Positions 12,731-26,787 of a stretch of 64,000 bases of DNA are shown one piece after another (positions within the stretch are counted from its first letter, which is position 1; every line of letters starts with the position of its first letter). The translations under genes were made by a program, and so were the position numbers. The notes beneath the pieces were generated by a model. It saw only the letters and a list, made by a program, of their open reading frames with translations. It was not told the DNA's origin and did no database searches. This DNA is from Felis catus (lineage: Eukaryota). Where the stretch lies: contig NC_058369.1 of the NCBI RefSeq assembly GCF_018350175.1, positions 28,398,001-28,462,000 on the forward strand, given 5' to 3'.

Positions 12731-14536
12731 AGACTAAGGATGCTATAGCTGTCTTCAAGAAACCAATTCCGAGAAGGTTGTAGACAATAGACCAGTGGCT
12801 GAAGAAACTCTGATATCACTTAGATTCAGTACCTATAAATTCATCTTTTAAAATATCCAATACATTTTTTTAAATACAACTTTCTCTCCTCCTCTGTTAC
12901 TACATTTTTTTTTCATTCTTAGCAGGGTATTGAACCTCACCTAGCATGTTATTCCAAAAACGTCTTGAAATTTATTTAGCCAGAATTTTCTGGTTTCATA
13001 TGAATGCTAATTATACATAGTCTATTTTCTTAAAGCGTTTTTTTTTTTCATTTTATGCAACACCCTTAGATCCTTCAGGCAAAGGACAAACTTAATTTAC
13101 TTTCAAATTACCAACTTAACTCAGATTTTTAAAACCCATTCAAGTTTCATGTTATGTACTTAACATTAAAAAAATGACTCAATGTAAATGTCGTATCTGG
13201 CAATGATCCTATTCCTGGGATCTTTCACATGAAACAGAGTGGGAAGGAAGATCCTGTGGCTGCCAAAATAGAACGAAATACACAGAAACAAAGAAAAGAA
13301 ACAAAAGCACAACTCGCCTCTTCCAGACAACACAGAAGCATGCAGATAAGTCAGTGATATTTCTTCCAACTAACTCCTGAAGTAGTTTTAGCAGTTGTAA
13401 TGGCACCTGGCTTATCCAAAAGTAAAGTAAAAACTAGGCTGTTCTGTTGTTCTAGATGCCAAAACACCAAATCTTCCGGCCAAGAAAAGAACACAGGACC
13501 AAGCAAGGGATATTGATGCTTCAAAGATGGTAGTTATCTGTGAATAAGGACTAGCGTTTCATAAACTCCACCAGACAGAACGACTGTTTAATGGAATGTC
13601 AAGAGTTGGGAGGGAGAAAAGAATTGAGGGTAATTCTAAGGTCAAATTAGTTTGGAAAACCACTGAGTTATATGAGTTAAACAGTTCTTTTATTCTGGGA
13701 CTTCTCAGAGCCCTTCTGTGCGGATATGCATCATCCCTTTCTAAGAAGGAGATAATGCATGTGGCATTTTCCAAAGGTTTGACATTTCTTTTCTTTCCTT
13801 TTTTCTTTTTTCTTTTCCTTTTTTCATTTAGTTTCTAACTAAGCTCACAGTCTCTGGGACACATTCAGGAAATACTTAGATGGACAGATCAAGCAGTGAA
13901 GGCAAATGAATGTGCAGGTATGTGCCTAAAATGCAGCAGGAAACTCTAGATGTCATGGAAATAGTTAACATGCCCATAGGTCAGCCCCACAACACCAAGT
14001 CCCTCAGCCTCTCTCCATTGGCTTCTTCAGCTCTGGAAGAAAGATGGTGCTTATTAGTAAAGTGCCCTGGGATGATTGGGCAGGAAACACTAAATAAGAG
14101 CCAATTATTACCTGCATTACAGAGCAGATGATCTAATAAACCAACCCTATTACTTACAAAGTTCAGACCCTGAGATGTTGTTTTTAACTGCACTTCAATT
14201 TAATCTAAGAGATCTATTCTATACTAAAAAGAACAAACAAATACTCAAGGGAATATATCCATGAATTGTAATGTGGGCTTTCTGATTGGACCCTTCTCTG
14301 CTTACACATTTTCAATGACTGCCAATTGCCTACAGATACAAATCCCAATTTCTTAGCCTGGTAGACAACCTTCCCAGGTTGTGTCTAACTGACCTTTTAC
14401 ACTAACAGATCCATATTTCAGATGCCATAGAGTTTCTGAGTAAGATCAATGCTTTGGAGGCAGGCAGACATGGCTAAACACACAGGCTCCGCTCACCACA
14501 CCTTGAGTTAAGTTATGCCACTTCTCTAAGCCCTCA

Positions 14537-14690
14537 ATTCTCCAAGTGTGGTTTGTGAACTGGCCACAGGAGCAGCAGCAGCAGCATTTGGAGTTCATTA
14601 GGCACAATTTGCAAACCTACTGAATTAGAATCTGCATTTTAACAAGATCCTCAGGTGATCCCCACACACATTAAAGCTTGAGATGTACTA
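14537..14690. mobile_element. MER5A1-like MITE inside a MIR
   Basis: 'ctactgaattagaatctgcattttaacaagatcctcaggtgat...cattaaagcttgaga'. Confidence 0.75.
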
Positions 14691-14750
14691 CCCTAATTCT
14701 CATCACCTCACGTGAAAGTTTGAGGTAATGATAGTAAATAATAGTAAATT

Positions 14751-14968
14751 TTTAAAATTTTTTTTAATGTTTATTTATTTTTGAGACAGAGAGAGACAGA
14801 GCATGAACGGGGGAGGGGCAGAGAGAGAGGGAGACACAGAATCGGAAGCAGGCTCCAGGCTCTGAGCCATCAGCCCAGAGCCCGATGCGGGGCTCGAACT
14901 CACAGACCACGAGATCGTGACCTGAGCTGAAGTCGGACGCTTAACCGACTGAGCCACCCAGGCGCCCC
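14751..14968 (-). mobile_element. CanSINE (young)
   Basis: CpG-rich body; TSD AAATAATAGTAAA. Confidence 0.96.
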
Positions 14969-15039
14969 AAATAATAGTAAAATTTAAGATGGAAGTCATT
15001 TTCCTCTCCTGCCCTTTGAATCCATCTTCAAACCCTAAG

Positions 15040-15600
15040 GATTTCACCATCTAAATATCATTCAATTATGCTCACCTCTCTCCCTTCACTCCCTTCATTC
15101 TCGTTCTGTGCAGATCTAGGGCAATGGCCACCCAACTCATTACAATGCACCCACTCTTGCCTTCTTCTTACCTGTTTTCCCTACTGCAACCAGAGATATT
15201 CTAGGAAAAGCAAATGATGAGAACTCCCATCTCATTTCAGAATAAAAGCCAAAAGCCTTTACCAAACCTACAAACTCTGCCGAGGAGGCTCTGTCCACCT
15301 CTATGTCTTATCTTGCATCATGCTCCTGTAGGCTTTCTCTGCTGCAGGAGTACCGGTTTTCTCTCAGTGCCTGGAACTGGCTATCCTCCATCTCAATACA
15401 GTACATTTGCAAAATCCATCCTCTCTGCCTGCGGTGCCTTTCCTCCCTCTTTGCCCAGCAACTCCTCCTCAGTCTTTAAATGTCAATTCAAATGTCATCA
15501 GCCCTGAAAGTATTCTCTGACTCTCCTCCCCAACAACCAAGACACTCGCTGGATCATTGCCTGTGCCCCAGAAGTGTTGAATAAGTGAATGTATTAATTC
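15040..15600 (+). mobile_element. L2 fragment
   Basis: Pyrimidine-rich L2 body ending 'tgttgaataagtgaatg'. Confidence 0.6.
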
Positions 15601-15737
15601 ACAAATCTTCAATGATATGGTTACTGTGACAATCAAACAGACTGATACCTATAAAGCATTTAACACAATGCCTGCTAGAGAGCGAGAACATAGTGCTGCA
15701 CTGGTTGTTATGTATTGAATAGTAGCTCTGCTAAAAA

Positions 15738-15925
15738 CTAGACACCAAGCAGGGCACAATGTGGATAACAATTAGAACCACCTGGGAAACTTTTAAACCT
15801 TTTAATGGCCAGGATCTTCCCCGGACCAATTAAATCAGAATCTGTGAGGGTGGAAGCCAGGCACCTGAGGGTTTTAAAGCTCCAGTGGGGATTCCAATGG
15901 GCAGCCATGGGACAGAACAACTGCT
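15738..15925. mobile_element. MER5-family MITE
   Basis: 'attagaaccacctgggaaactttt...accaattaaatcagaatct'. Confidence 0.7.
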
Positions 15926-16636
15926 TTACCCTTCTTCTCACTGTGGCCTCCTAGCCTTTGGAGGAATGCACGTTACAAGAAGAGTCCTCATTATTCATGG
16001 CATGAGTCCATGGCCTCACTTCTCCCATGGAAAGGGACAACAATAAGCAATAATAAGAATCCATGTAGTGGCAATCCAGCAGTTCACTTGCCTTGGGCCC
16101 CTTGACAGCAGCCAGATGGTGGGAACTCTCCATGTATCACCAAAGCCAAGCTGAAACCCTTCTGGGGAAATCCAAGTTGCCTGATCTATTGCTGGGAGGA
16201 GGTGCAATACCACAGGAAGATGATTCCAGTCCTTAGGGTTAAGTGTTGATTTAATAAAACTCATCAGGATTCCATTAGAAACCTGTCATGATTGTTATGT
16301 TGAAGCAATTGCTTTATGGGAGCAATTAATTTCAACTGCTAAAAAAAAAGGTTAGACCTCCTGAGTGTTCATCTAGACTACAAGAGGTAGGCTGGGAACC
16401 ACTTGAACTTACCCCTGTCTCCTTCATTGTTTAAGTACTTGGCTCATCAACAGACTAGACTATCTTAGTAGTCCTCCTCTTCCCAAACACCAACTTCCTC
16501 TGTATGTAAATATATATTTAAGCACAGACATATTATGCTGTGTTTCTCACTTGTTTTGAACTTTTCAAAATGTGATGTAAGCAATGAGGAGTATCCAAGG
16601 AACCTTTATGTTTTTTAAGGCCTTAAAATGCACATG

Positions 16637-16676
16637 CACACACACACAAACACACACACACACACACACACACACA
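16637..16676 (+). repeat. (CA)n microsatellite
   Basis: Direct reading. Confidence 0.95.
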
Positions 16677-16858
16677 GTGCCAAAGCACTGTGCAACGCTC
16701 AAACAATATGAGAACCATTTAAAATTAAAACCTACCAAGTCAGAGCTGAGTCTAAGTGAACATAAAGGCCACAGAGTTGTTATAAGAGGCACAGGATTGC
16801 TCTCTGGAAATAATATCCCAGGGAGCAAAATTCTCCTATTTCTTCATGCTGGTAAATT

Positions 16859-16938
<80 letters not shown>

Positions 16939-17111
16939 GAAGGAAGGAAGGAAGGAAGGAAGGAAGGAAGGAAGGAAGGAAGGAAGGAAGGAAGGAAGAA
17001 AGAAAGGAAGAAAGAAGAGAAAGGAAAAGAAAGGAAAAGAAAAGAAAAGAAAAGAAAAGAAAAGAAAAGAAAAGAAAAGAAAAGAAAAGAAAAGAAAAGA
17101 AAAAGAAAAAG
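16859..17111 (+). repeat. Compound (GAAA)n(GGAA)n(GAAAA)n pure-purine microsatellite
   Basis: 253 consecutive purines. Confidence 0.98.
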
Positions 17112-17957
17112 CTTGATTCATGAATATAAATTTTTCTTGGCTTTTAAATCATACACTGGCATATTCATCCTCAAACTTTGCCAAATGAGAATACACAGAT
17201 AATGACAATTTTACAATAAGTGGTTCCAGGATACAGGCTTTTCAAGATCCCCAAATGAAAGGCACTATAATAAAGAGTATTATTATTATTATTATTGTTA
17301 TTATTATTATTTCAGAACCCAGAAAAACGACAATCAATGATTAGCCATAACAATTAAACTAACAATAATGCATCTGGAATAAGCTCCATGGTAATATGTA
17401 CTTCATGCTTAATAGTTCAAATTAATTCAATCTCCTGGTGTTAGACATACCAGTTAGGAGTTGGAAAGCACCGAAATTCACATTAGCTTCCACTTCGAAA
17501 GCTATTATGAAAAGAGAAGGAAGGAAACTAGGCGATAAACAGCAGAGGTAAATAGGAAGGGTTCATAGATGACATGGTTAGGGATAACTCTCAGCTACTG
17601 GGAATTCAGCGTGAAAACATGAAGGCTGGTATTTCTATCCTCACACATTCCTACACAGTCAGTGACTGGGCAACCCATCTGAGGCAACAGATCTGGAACC
17701 CTAAAATCAAAGCCATCAGACTGAGAGGAGGGAGTGCTTTCTTTCCCCCATCCATAGAGTCCTTCACAAGTAGACCCAGAATAGAAAAAGAATTTATGAT
17801 TTTCAGAGCACTGATCTCGAGAAATAAGAAAGGGGAAAGTGGGTTGCTATGAGCCTAAAAGGTGGAGAGCCTGATTATCCTCCTTGTCTCACTCCATCCT
17901 ATCAATGTAAAGATAACTGCTTTAGGCTCTGCTGTCCACCATAAATATACTCAAAGG

Positions 17958-18172
17958 CAGAGTTTTCAACTTTGGCATCGTTCACATTTTGGCCCAAGTA
18001 ATTCTTCGTTGTGAAGGGCTGTTCTGTGCATTGTAAGATGTTTAGCAGCATCCCTAGCTTCTACTCCACAGATGCTAGTAGCAGCCCCTCCCAGTTGTAA
18101 CAGCTGTAAATGTCTCTAGACATGACCAAACATCTTCTGAGGGACAAAATAATCCTGGTTAAGAATCGTTAC
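17958..18172. mobile_element. MER20 hAT MITE
   Basis: 'gtgcattgtaagatgtttagcagcatccctagcttctac...aatgtctctagacat'. Confidence 0.85.
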
Positions 18173-18402
18173 TCTAAGGCTTGAATTCACCTATTTTGGG
18201 CATCTAGGAAGAAAAACGAATTGAAAGTACACACCAACCTTTAGACTGTTTTCTCATTAGAGATGACCATTCACTGCGTTGTGAGCTGTGTACAAGGCAA
18301 CACCCTTCCCAGGGCACACTGATTCCTCCTGCCAGTACTTTGTGCACATATGGGTTTGTTACAGATCACATGGAAATTTAAACCTGGCTTCCTTCTATTC
18401 AT

Positions 18403-18927
18403 TGTGCCAGGTAGAGTTAACATAACAGACTATTCTTAGAAAGCTCTGCTTGTAAAGTTGGCCTTTGGCTGGCATCTGGGAGTTTGGGCTGGTGAACCGT
18501 TTCCTATACTGATATAAAACACTCCTAAATGATAGGAGTACCCACTGTGCCTTCTTTGTACTAATGTAGTTTATGCTGAATGCCTGTTTATCTCCTGGGA
18601 GTCTGGAATTTGGGAATGTGCTAGGCAGATCAGCCCCCAGTAGAAACCTAATGCAGAGCCTCTAATGAGCTTCCTTGGTACATGATATCATGCAGTTCTT
18701 TGCTGGAGGAACGAAGCACATCCTGTGTGACTCCACTGGAAGAAGACTCTCAGAAGTTTGTGCCTGGTTTTCTCCATACTTCACACCATGCACCTTCTCT
18801 TCACGCTGATTTACTTTGTACCCTGTCACTGTGGTGAACCATAATCATGAGTATAACAACTTCTGAGTCCTACTAGTTCTTCCAGAGAATTAGGGAACCC
18901 AGAGTAGTGCTAGGGACCACGAGCACA
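18403..18927 (+). mobile_element. MER21-like solo LTR inserted in an L2 tail
   Basis: TG...CA; 'aagttggcctttggctggcatctggga', 'cctgtgtgactccactggaagaagactc'. Confidence 0.8.
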
Positions 18928-19101
18928 GTCACAATATTCAACAAATATTTTATTGTGTGCCTCCATTTCTAGATGCAAGATTTCCAGCTGGGGACTGTAA
19001 CTAAGTCTCAGTCCTCACAGAACTTATGTTCTGTGACTAGGGAAGCACTTATAATGGGATATTTCAATCTTCTTCCACCATAAACAAGCTCTGTGGCTGT
19101 C

Positions 19102-19276
19102 TTTGTTGTTGTTGTTGTTGTTGTTGTTAATATTTATTTATTTGTCTTGAGGGGGCGGAGCATAAGCAGGGAAGGGGCAGAGAGAGAGGAAGAGAGAATC
19201 CCAAGCAGGCTCCATGCTCAGCACAGAGCCCGATCTCACGACCATGAAATCATGACCTGAGCCACCCAGGCGCCCC
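19102..19276 (-). mobile_element. Internally deleted CanSINE with (CAA)n tail
   Basis: Ends 'gagccacccaggcgcccc'; (TTG)n on + strand. Confidence 0.9.
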
Positions 19277-19297
19277 TTTTTTGTCTTTATAATAGAT

Positions 19298-20512
19298 CCT
19301 TTTTCTTAGATATAATTCACACACCATTCAATTAACCCACCTAAAGTGGACAATTCAGTGGTTTTAAGTATATTCACAAAGTTGCGCAACCATGACCACT
19401 ATCAATTTCAGAACATTTCGCCACCCCATAAAGAAACCTCCCACCATTAGCACTTAGTATTCGTTTCCTCCCAGCCCCCCACCCTTAAGCAACCACTAAG
19501 CTATTTTCTGTCTCAATGCATTTGTTTACTCTAGAGATTTCATATCAATGGAATCAGACAATATGTGGTGTTTTGTGCCTGGGTTCTTCATTTAGCATAA
19601 TGTTTTCAAGATTCGTCTACCATGTAACACATTTGTAGTACTTCATTTCCTTTTATTGTTGAATAATATCCCATTATGTGACTATACCACATTTTATTTA
19701 TCTGTTCATCAGTAGATGGACACTTGCATTATTTCTACTTTGGAAATAACTGCTGCAAATATTTGTATACAAGTTTTTCTGTGCATATAGGCTTTCATTT
19801 CCCATGGATAGATACCTAAGAGTAGAATGGCTGAGTCACATTTATGCTAAACATTTTAAGAAATTTCAACTGTTTTTCCAAAGCAGCTGCACCATTTTAC
19901 TTCCTACTAACAGTGTATGAGAGTTCCAGTTTCTGCACATCCTCACTAACCCCTGTTAACTGTCTTTTTGATTACCTAGTCATCTGAGGTGGTTTCCCAT
20001 TGTGGTTTTGACTTGAGTTTCCCCGATGGCTAATGGTGCAGAGAATCTTTTCATGGGCTCTTTCCTTTTGTGTACCTTCTTTAAGTAAATGCTATCCAGA
20101 TCCTTTGCCCCTTTTTAATTGGGCTGTTTGTTCTTTTGTTATTGAGCTGTAAGAGTTCTTGACATATTTTGGAAATAAGTCTATTATCAGATATATGACT
20201 TGCAAAACCATGTTTCCATTCTGTGAGTTGCCTTTTTATTTTCTTGATGATGTCATTTGAAGCATGAGAGTTTTAAATTTTTGTGATGTCCAATTTACCT
20301 ATCTTCTCTTATGTTGCTGTTCTTTTGGTATCATATCCAAGAAACCATTCCCTAACCCAATGTCATGAAGATTTATGCCCATGTTTTTGTCTACGAGTTT
20401 TATAGTTTTAGTTCTTCCATTTAGGTCTTTAATCCATTTTGAATTAATATCTTTAAATGGTGTGATGTAGGGGTCCAACTTCATTCTTCTATATGTGAAT
20501 GTCCAGTTATCC
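19298..20512 (-). mobile_element. Old LINE-1 (L1MB-like), 3' ORF2 plus 3' UTR
   Basis: Minus ORF 20299-20538 'MKLDPYITPFKDINSKWIKDLN' is L1 ORF2; L1MB-type 3' end at 19298. Confidence 0.9.
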
Positions 20513-21669
20513 TGTGGTATCTTTTGAATCACCACCACAGGTAGTTTCCTGTAATTTGGGAGTCTACAAGTTATTAAACCAGTACATAGAATCTAGGTAT
20601 ATGACCAACAGTCTTAGAACCTTTTCTTAAGCTTTTGTATTTGGTCTTTTCTTTTTTCTTCTACTTTAGGAATATACTTAATATCATGCTATTTAAGGAA
20701 GTAGCACTACTATTATTAGCTGATTAGTAATACTATTATTAACTCATATACTACTAATAATAGTACCAATGGCTATTTAGTATTTAGTATGTGCCAGGTG
20801 CTACGTTTACATTTAACATGCAGTAACTTATAAGTACTTCACATGCTTTACCTTATATGATCTTCCCACCAACACCATGAGATAAGTAGAACTCCACCTT
20901 ACAGATAATGATACTGAGGGTGAGGCTCATCACATAAAATAATTTTCCTTAGGTCACAGAGCTAGCAGGAAAAAGGATGACAAAAAGAGCGAAGAAGCAG
21001 CACTGGAAAGTGAGGGCCAAAGAATGTCTGATAATAGTGTCTAACAAATATGAGGTAAGCCTATATGCAAATACCCAAAAAGAAACAAGCCAAAATCTAG
21101 CACCAGTCAATGGCATTCCCATACTGGCCAAGAAGCTGACTACAAAGGAATGGTGTCTCCTGCCAATGTAACAAAGAGAAGTCTCATCACTCAAGATTGA
21201 TATGATGGCTGAAAAGGTGCTGTCAACACTCTAAAAATTGCATTAGTGACTACGTGATTGATGAAATGAGTCAATTGGCACTGGATTAGAATTCCAGATA
21301 TGAAATATATTACTTCCAATGAGAGAATTAGAAATTCATTAAGCAGTTTCATTTTTAAAACTACTCTTTCCCCATTTGTCTATAGGAAAGAGATGCAAGT
21401 AAAAATATCTTTGAAAAGACTGAATCTGTAGAGCAACTTGGTCTTGGGGACAGTTATACAAATGCCTGAAGCTTTTGCTTTCACTATCTCACTGTGTTCC
21501 CAGACCTAGAAGGCTGGTAGGGAAATTCTAGTCAGTTTTCAGTGGAGAAATGTGGACAAAGAAGTGAGTTGACTTTTCCAAGTCCAAGCTGTATAGCAGA
21601 AAATCCAGATTTCCTCACTACAAGTTGAATTCTCTTGCCCTATACCAACTGAGATCGTAATAATAAATA

Positions 21670-21875
21670 CAATGGTAATAGCTGCCATTTATTGAGTCTT
21701 ACATTATATAGCACTCTAAGCACCTGAAAGAGAGAAACTAATTTATTTAATCCAAATATTATGAGGTAGGTACTACTATTGTCCCCATTTTGTATAGAAG
21801 GGCAGGAGATGCTAGAGGTTAATTGACCTGCATAAGAAGTGGAGTGAGGCCTTGAACCCTGTGTGGTCTGTCTTC
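21670..21875. mobile_element. MIR
   Basis: 'tatgaggtaggtactactattgtccccattttgtatagaaggg' MIR core. Confidence 0.7.
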
Positions 21876-24800
21876 TTCTTCTTAATAGTGTCAACAAAAT
21901 TGTTTCAGAATAGAAGCAACTAGACATATAAGGGTTAAGCATGGCCAGACCAACTCCACGTTGAGTCTTTTTTACACTAGGCAAACTGTCTTCAATACAC
22001 TTATAATAACTTTATATACCAAATAACATTTTGAAGTTTATTTCCTCCCAACATGGAAGCATCACTGCATCTCCCCTGGGATCTTCAGCACTGTCTGTTG
22101 TGGAACTGGTCTGGGCTTAGCAAGTATTGCTTTATCATTCTTAAATAAAAAAACACTATAGAGAATGCAGAAAACAATTTCCCTTTCAGTTTCCCCACTT
22201 CTACCCATATTGAGAAAGATGGATTCTTAAAGTGCTAAAGGAAACTCACAATATAATAAAAACTCAGCACCAGAAATGTTCCAAGTCCCTCCACTCTCTC
22301 CCTATATTTAGGAAACTACAATTTAATATAGGGCTCAGGCCTCCAGAGAATCCAGGGTATCGAACTGTTAATACATTTTTATATATTTTAACTGAGATAA
22401 ACAAGAAAGAGATAGAAAAGCCAGAGCAGCTATGTCAAAGACATAATTACGATAAGACTAATCCAGCTAACAGCAATAGAGGCAGATAGTGACTCTACTG
22501 TGATGCTGTTGTAGAGTTTGTATGGTCAGAAAAATGTATCATATAAAATGTCAATGAGGCAGGAGTCCTGTCATAGGAAAGCAAAGATAACTTACTACGT
22601 GACTTCAGAAAATAAAGCTCATCCAGGATATCAAAGAACATTTATTCTATTACTAGAATATCATCCAAATGCATTTTATAATTTGAAACCTGGATCAAAT
22701 CATTCAATTAATAAAATAGTAATAAAAAGGAGTATACTATGTCTGTAACCAAATAGACAGGAAAATCTCAGTTTTGTTTTCCATGACAGAGCTTAAACCT
22801 TGTGGCAAACTTAGAATTCTGTCTATTCTAGATTATTTTAAAATTCTCCCACCAGCTCTAAATTCATGGTGTGTCTCCAACCATGTCATATTTCTAAGTC
22901 TTGACCACAAAAGCACCCTGAGATACATATACATTGCTGCAATGCACTATTTCTCAAACATGACTGTATCTTTTACTCCAGTAACCCTGTCAAAACAAAA
23001 ATAAATTTTAAAAAAGGGAAAATCACTCTGGTTACTTCACTGTTGGCAAATTCATTAACTTCTTTCTTCAAATGCTCATTAACATTTCCATTAATAATAC
23101 TCTGACCCTCAACATTCAACACCCAACCTCTAAGACAGGGCGCAACTAAATTCTTCAGTTTCTCATTTAAGCCTTTTCATCAAGTCTTTGCAGAAAATAT
23201 ATTATTAAAACAATGGTTTCTATCCCAGATAGATAGGAATTCTCCACCTTTTCTATACACTTCTCACTAAACCCTTTCTGCTCCTTTTGGTTAATCCCAG
23301 GAGAAACACAAACTCACATGCTTATTGCACTGGGATGCAAGGCAAATATATGAGGAAATCCACTTACCAGAAAAACAGACACCAGCACACTTGAATGCAT
23401 TTTAAACACACTGTCCCCCCTACCTCCCTAGCCTTTTTTTGTAATAGAGATGTCTTGAAGTTTATTTTTCATTTTTCAAACTTTCCTTGGAGACATAGGT
23501 ATAAAAAAATAGTCTCAATAGGGCACGCAGGATGCTAGGTGGAGACTAACATTTGACATTAGTGTCAGGAGTACTCAGGTAGTAGACAGGCAACTTCTGT
23601 CTACCGTGATGATTGGGACTCACATCTGGCCGTTAACTGCCAACTAGGAGTTTAGGACCAATGTTGTCAAATCATCCAGTTCTATTAAGGGAAGCAAGAA
23701 AACCTGCATCTTCTGTGAAATCTCCAGATTTTCTGCTCTTTTCGAATTTATGCATGAATTCTTCTACTTTTCCAATATAATCTATTTCTCTATTCTAGCA
23801 TAGCAGACATCTAGTGGGCTGGTAGATTGAGGTCTCTGAGTTATATTGTCCTCCAGTTAGCAGGTTTTAGCCTTTTTCACTACTGTTCCCTCCACTCCAA
23901 CCATCCATCCTTTCCACCAATCCCATTCATCACATCCTTTAAGACTTTGCTCAAGAAGGTATTTCCTCCACACAATCTTCCCCGGATCACTCTACCCTTC
24001 ATTCCTCATTATCAAAGTGGTTTATTCCTTCAGGCTCTCTATTTACACTTTGAGCTCCCTTTGCGAGTCTTCCAGCTCTTTCTCCAGTACCTAGACTCTA
24101 AATCTCTAAAGCTCAGGACCCTGTCTCCTATCACCTTCACACATTCTAAGGACTTAGTGGAGTGTTACACACTCTGCAGACATTAGATGCACACTTTGGT
24201 TGAATAAACATTCCATTTGCCTAATCTTGTAGAGCTAGCAGTTTTTATTCTTATACTTGGTGCACTTCTAGATCAAAATAGTAAGTCGAAGTCAAATCTC
24301 CATACTTAGGGCAATCTTGAGGATTCAAACACTTAGCTGTAAAGGCAAGGCAAAACAATTTATCTGGGCAGTGAAAGAAGAAGCCATCTGTTGATCTGAA
24401 TCATCAAGGCAACTTGTCCCAATCCTGCAAACATTCAGTGTCGGAACTTACTTTCAAAATGTAAGTAGAGAGGAAAATTATAGAATACAAGTGCCATCTC
24501 TTTCATGTCCCAGGCCTGTGGCAGACATCATTAATTGATCACAGCATACTTTTCTGCTGAGTCTGAATGAAACTTCAGAAATCTCTTTAATAGCACTCTA
24601 GACGGAGTTTGTCTTAGAAATAAAATTGGTATGTGAATGGAAAATGCTATTATATGGATAAGATACACATCTTTTACAGGTCAAAAAAGAGAAAACAATA
24701 CGTAACCTCTGCTGCTTCTCAACTTCTCTGTATTTTAGAAGCTGGATGACTTAGAATGGGGAAAGCTAGGTATCTAAATTTAAAGAGTTAAGTAAGAACT

Positions 24801-25197
24801 AAAGAGGAAAAAAATATATCAACTTTAACGACTATGCCATATTTACCTTACCCATTAAATTTTAATCCTGATTTACTATGTGATGAGGCTGCTTTTGTTG
24901 CACCTTGTAAAACATGCTGAAATATAAAAAAGGTAAATGGCTTCACAGGGATTGCGAATTTAAATAAATAAATAAATAGCTGTATTTGTATTCATATTCA
25001 AGGGGCTGCTTCATTTCTCAAACATTGAATCAAAGCCATCTGGAACAACTCAGACACAAAATTACAGCAAAAAGCCAATCACCTTCAACTACATGCAACC
25101 TTATTAGCTGTTATTAAAACAAATGAACCCTCAATACTGGAGAAAATAAATGTGGGTTGGTTGATTAATCCTTCAGTTGTAAGCCACCAAACATGAC

Positions 25198-25366
25198 TTT
25201 TCAGAGTTATTTATTTTGAGAGAGGAAGAGAGAGAGAATCCCAAGCAAACTCTATGCCATCAGTGCGGAGCCTGACGCAGGACTCAAACTCACAGAACCA
25301 TGAGATCATGACCTGAGCCAAAACCAAAAGTAGGACACTCAACTGACTGAGTCACCCAGGTACCCA
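25198..25366 (-). mobile_element. CanSINE (older)
   Basis: Reverse-complement body ending 'gagtcacccaggtaccc'. Confidence 0.9.
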
Positions 25367-25479
25367 AGAGACTCTGTGTCTTTTAAGGTAAATCCAAAGA
25401 CTACATGAAGCCAGTAAATGATGAATCAAGCAAGGCCCAGGAAAAAGACTGAGTAGCACAGTAGACATCTATGAGTTTG

Positions 25480-26027
25480 GCTTGCTACAGCATACGTTCC
25501 TCATTACGGTGGTGTCAGTATTCTGACCTCCTCTGGGAGACCTCCTCTTTCCAGCTCTCAAGCCAGATAGTAGGGATGGAGCTAACTTCACTCCCTACAC
25601 CGAGAGTGGGCAAGTGACAAATCAGTGTATTTCATTTGATGAATGATTCAGGGAGCCAATCATTGATTCATCAGTCCAATGTTACTAAATCTTGAAATTT
25701 GGGATTAGAACTCTTGAGGAAGAGGAGTTAAAAATAAATCCTGCTGGAATGCCAAGCTGGTAAGATATAACTCTGAGCATCTGGTGGCCCCACCACAAAA
25801 AGAGACCCTGCCTATGCATGTCATCAACCTGGTGGAGGCAGAACTAAGAGATTAGAGAAACAGATTTCTGATGCCATCTTTGAGCAGCTAGATCCATTTA
25901 TTCCTAAAGGCAAACAGTTCCTAAGTTTTCAGCTAGGTAAGTCCAAATCCCCTGAATTTCACTGAGCTGAATTTCAGCTAGAGCTGAGTTTCTGTCACTT
26001 GAAAATAAAGGAGTCATAACTAAATGC
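25480..26027 (+). mobile_element. Old MaLR LTR (MLT1 family)
   Basis: 3' end 'ctgagtttctgtcacttgaaaataaaggagtcataactaaatgca'; 'tttgagcagctagatcca'. Confidence 0.65.
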
Positions 26028-26369
26028 AAATAGCTTCTAGTTTATTTCATTCTTAGGTGCTGAACCTTTAAGCTTTATCGTCACAGAGGTAAAAAACTTA
26101 AATTCCAGTAATGATAGGCTTTTACCTCATGCTGTAAAACTTGTATGATCTCATTTCTTGTCAGAGCTTTTGTTTTCTCATTTATAAAATAGGGGTTAAA
26201 AAATGGTAGCCTCACAGAGAAGATATACAAATTGCCAGTAAGCACAAGAAAAGATGTTCAATAACATCAGTCAATACAGAAATGCAAATCAATTCTACAA
26301 TGAGATAACCACTCCATACCCATGTGGACAAATTTGAAACCTCATTTACTGTTGATAGGAATGTTAAAT

Positions 26370-26589
26370 GGTGCCTGGGTGGCTCAGTTGGTTAAGTGTT
26401 CAACTCCCACTCAGGTAATTATCTCATGGTTCCTGAGTTCAAGCCCCACACTGGGATCCATGCTAACAGCTCAGAGCCTGCTTCTGATTCTCTTCCCCAC
26501 CCCCCCCCCCGCCCCGCTCTTCCCAAACTCATTCTTGTTTTCTGTCTCTCAAAAATAATCATTTATAAATAAATAAAATATTAATTAAT
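26370..26589 (+). mobile_element. CanSINE
   Basis: Head 'ggtgcctgggtggctcagttggttaag'; AT-rich tail. Confidence 0.92.
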
Positions 26590-26599
26590 TAAAATTTTT

Positions 26600-26787
26600 C
26601 ACATTTTCAAGTTTATTTATTTATTTTGTGAGAGATAGAGAGCAAGTGAGGGACGGGCAGAGAGAGAGAAGGTGACAGAGGATCTGAAGCAGGCTCTGTC
26701 CCCGCGCAGAGCTGGAACTCATAAACCATGAGATCATGACCTGAGCTGAAGTCAGATGCTCAACAAACTGAGCCACCCAAGTGCCCC
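26600..26787 (-). mobile_element. CanSINE inserted antisense into the tail of the preceding SINE
   Basis: TSD TAAAATTTTT (26590-26599 / 26788-26797). Confidence 0.92.

Noticed and set aside
16584..17123. 179-aa ORF with KKER/RKEG repeats
   Set aside because: Open only because it crosses (CA)n and polypurine microsatellites
23362..23400. Strong minus-strand donor CTG|GTAAGT preceded by MHSSVLVSVFL
   Set aside because: No acceptor or promoter support; isolated donors are common by chance
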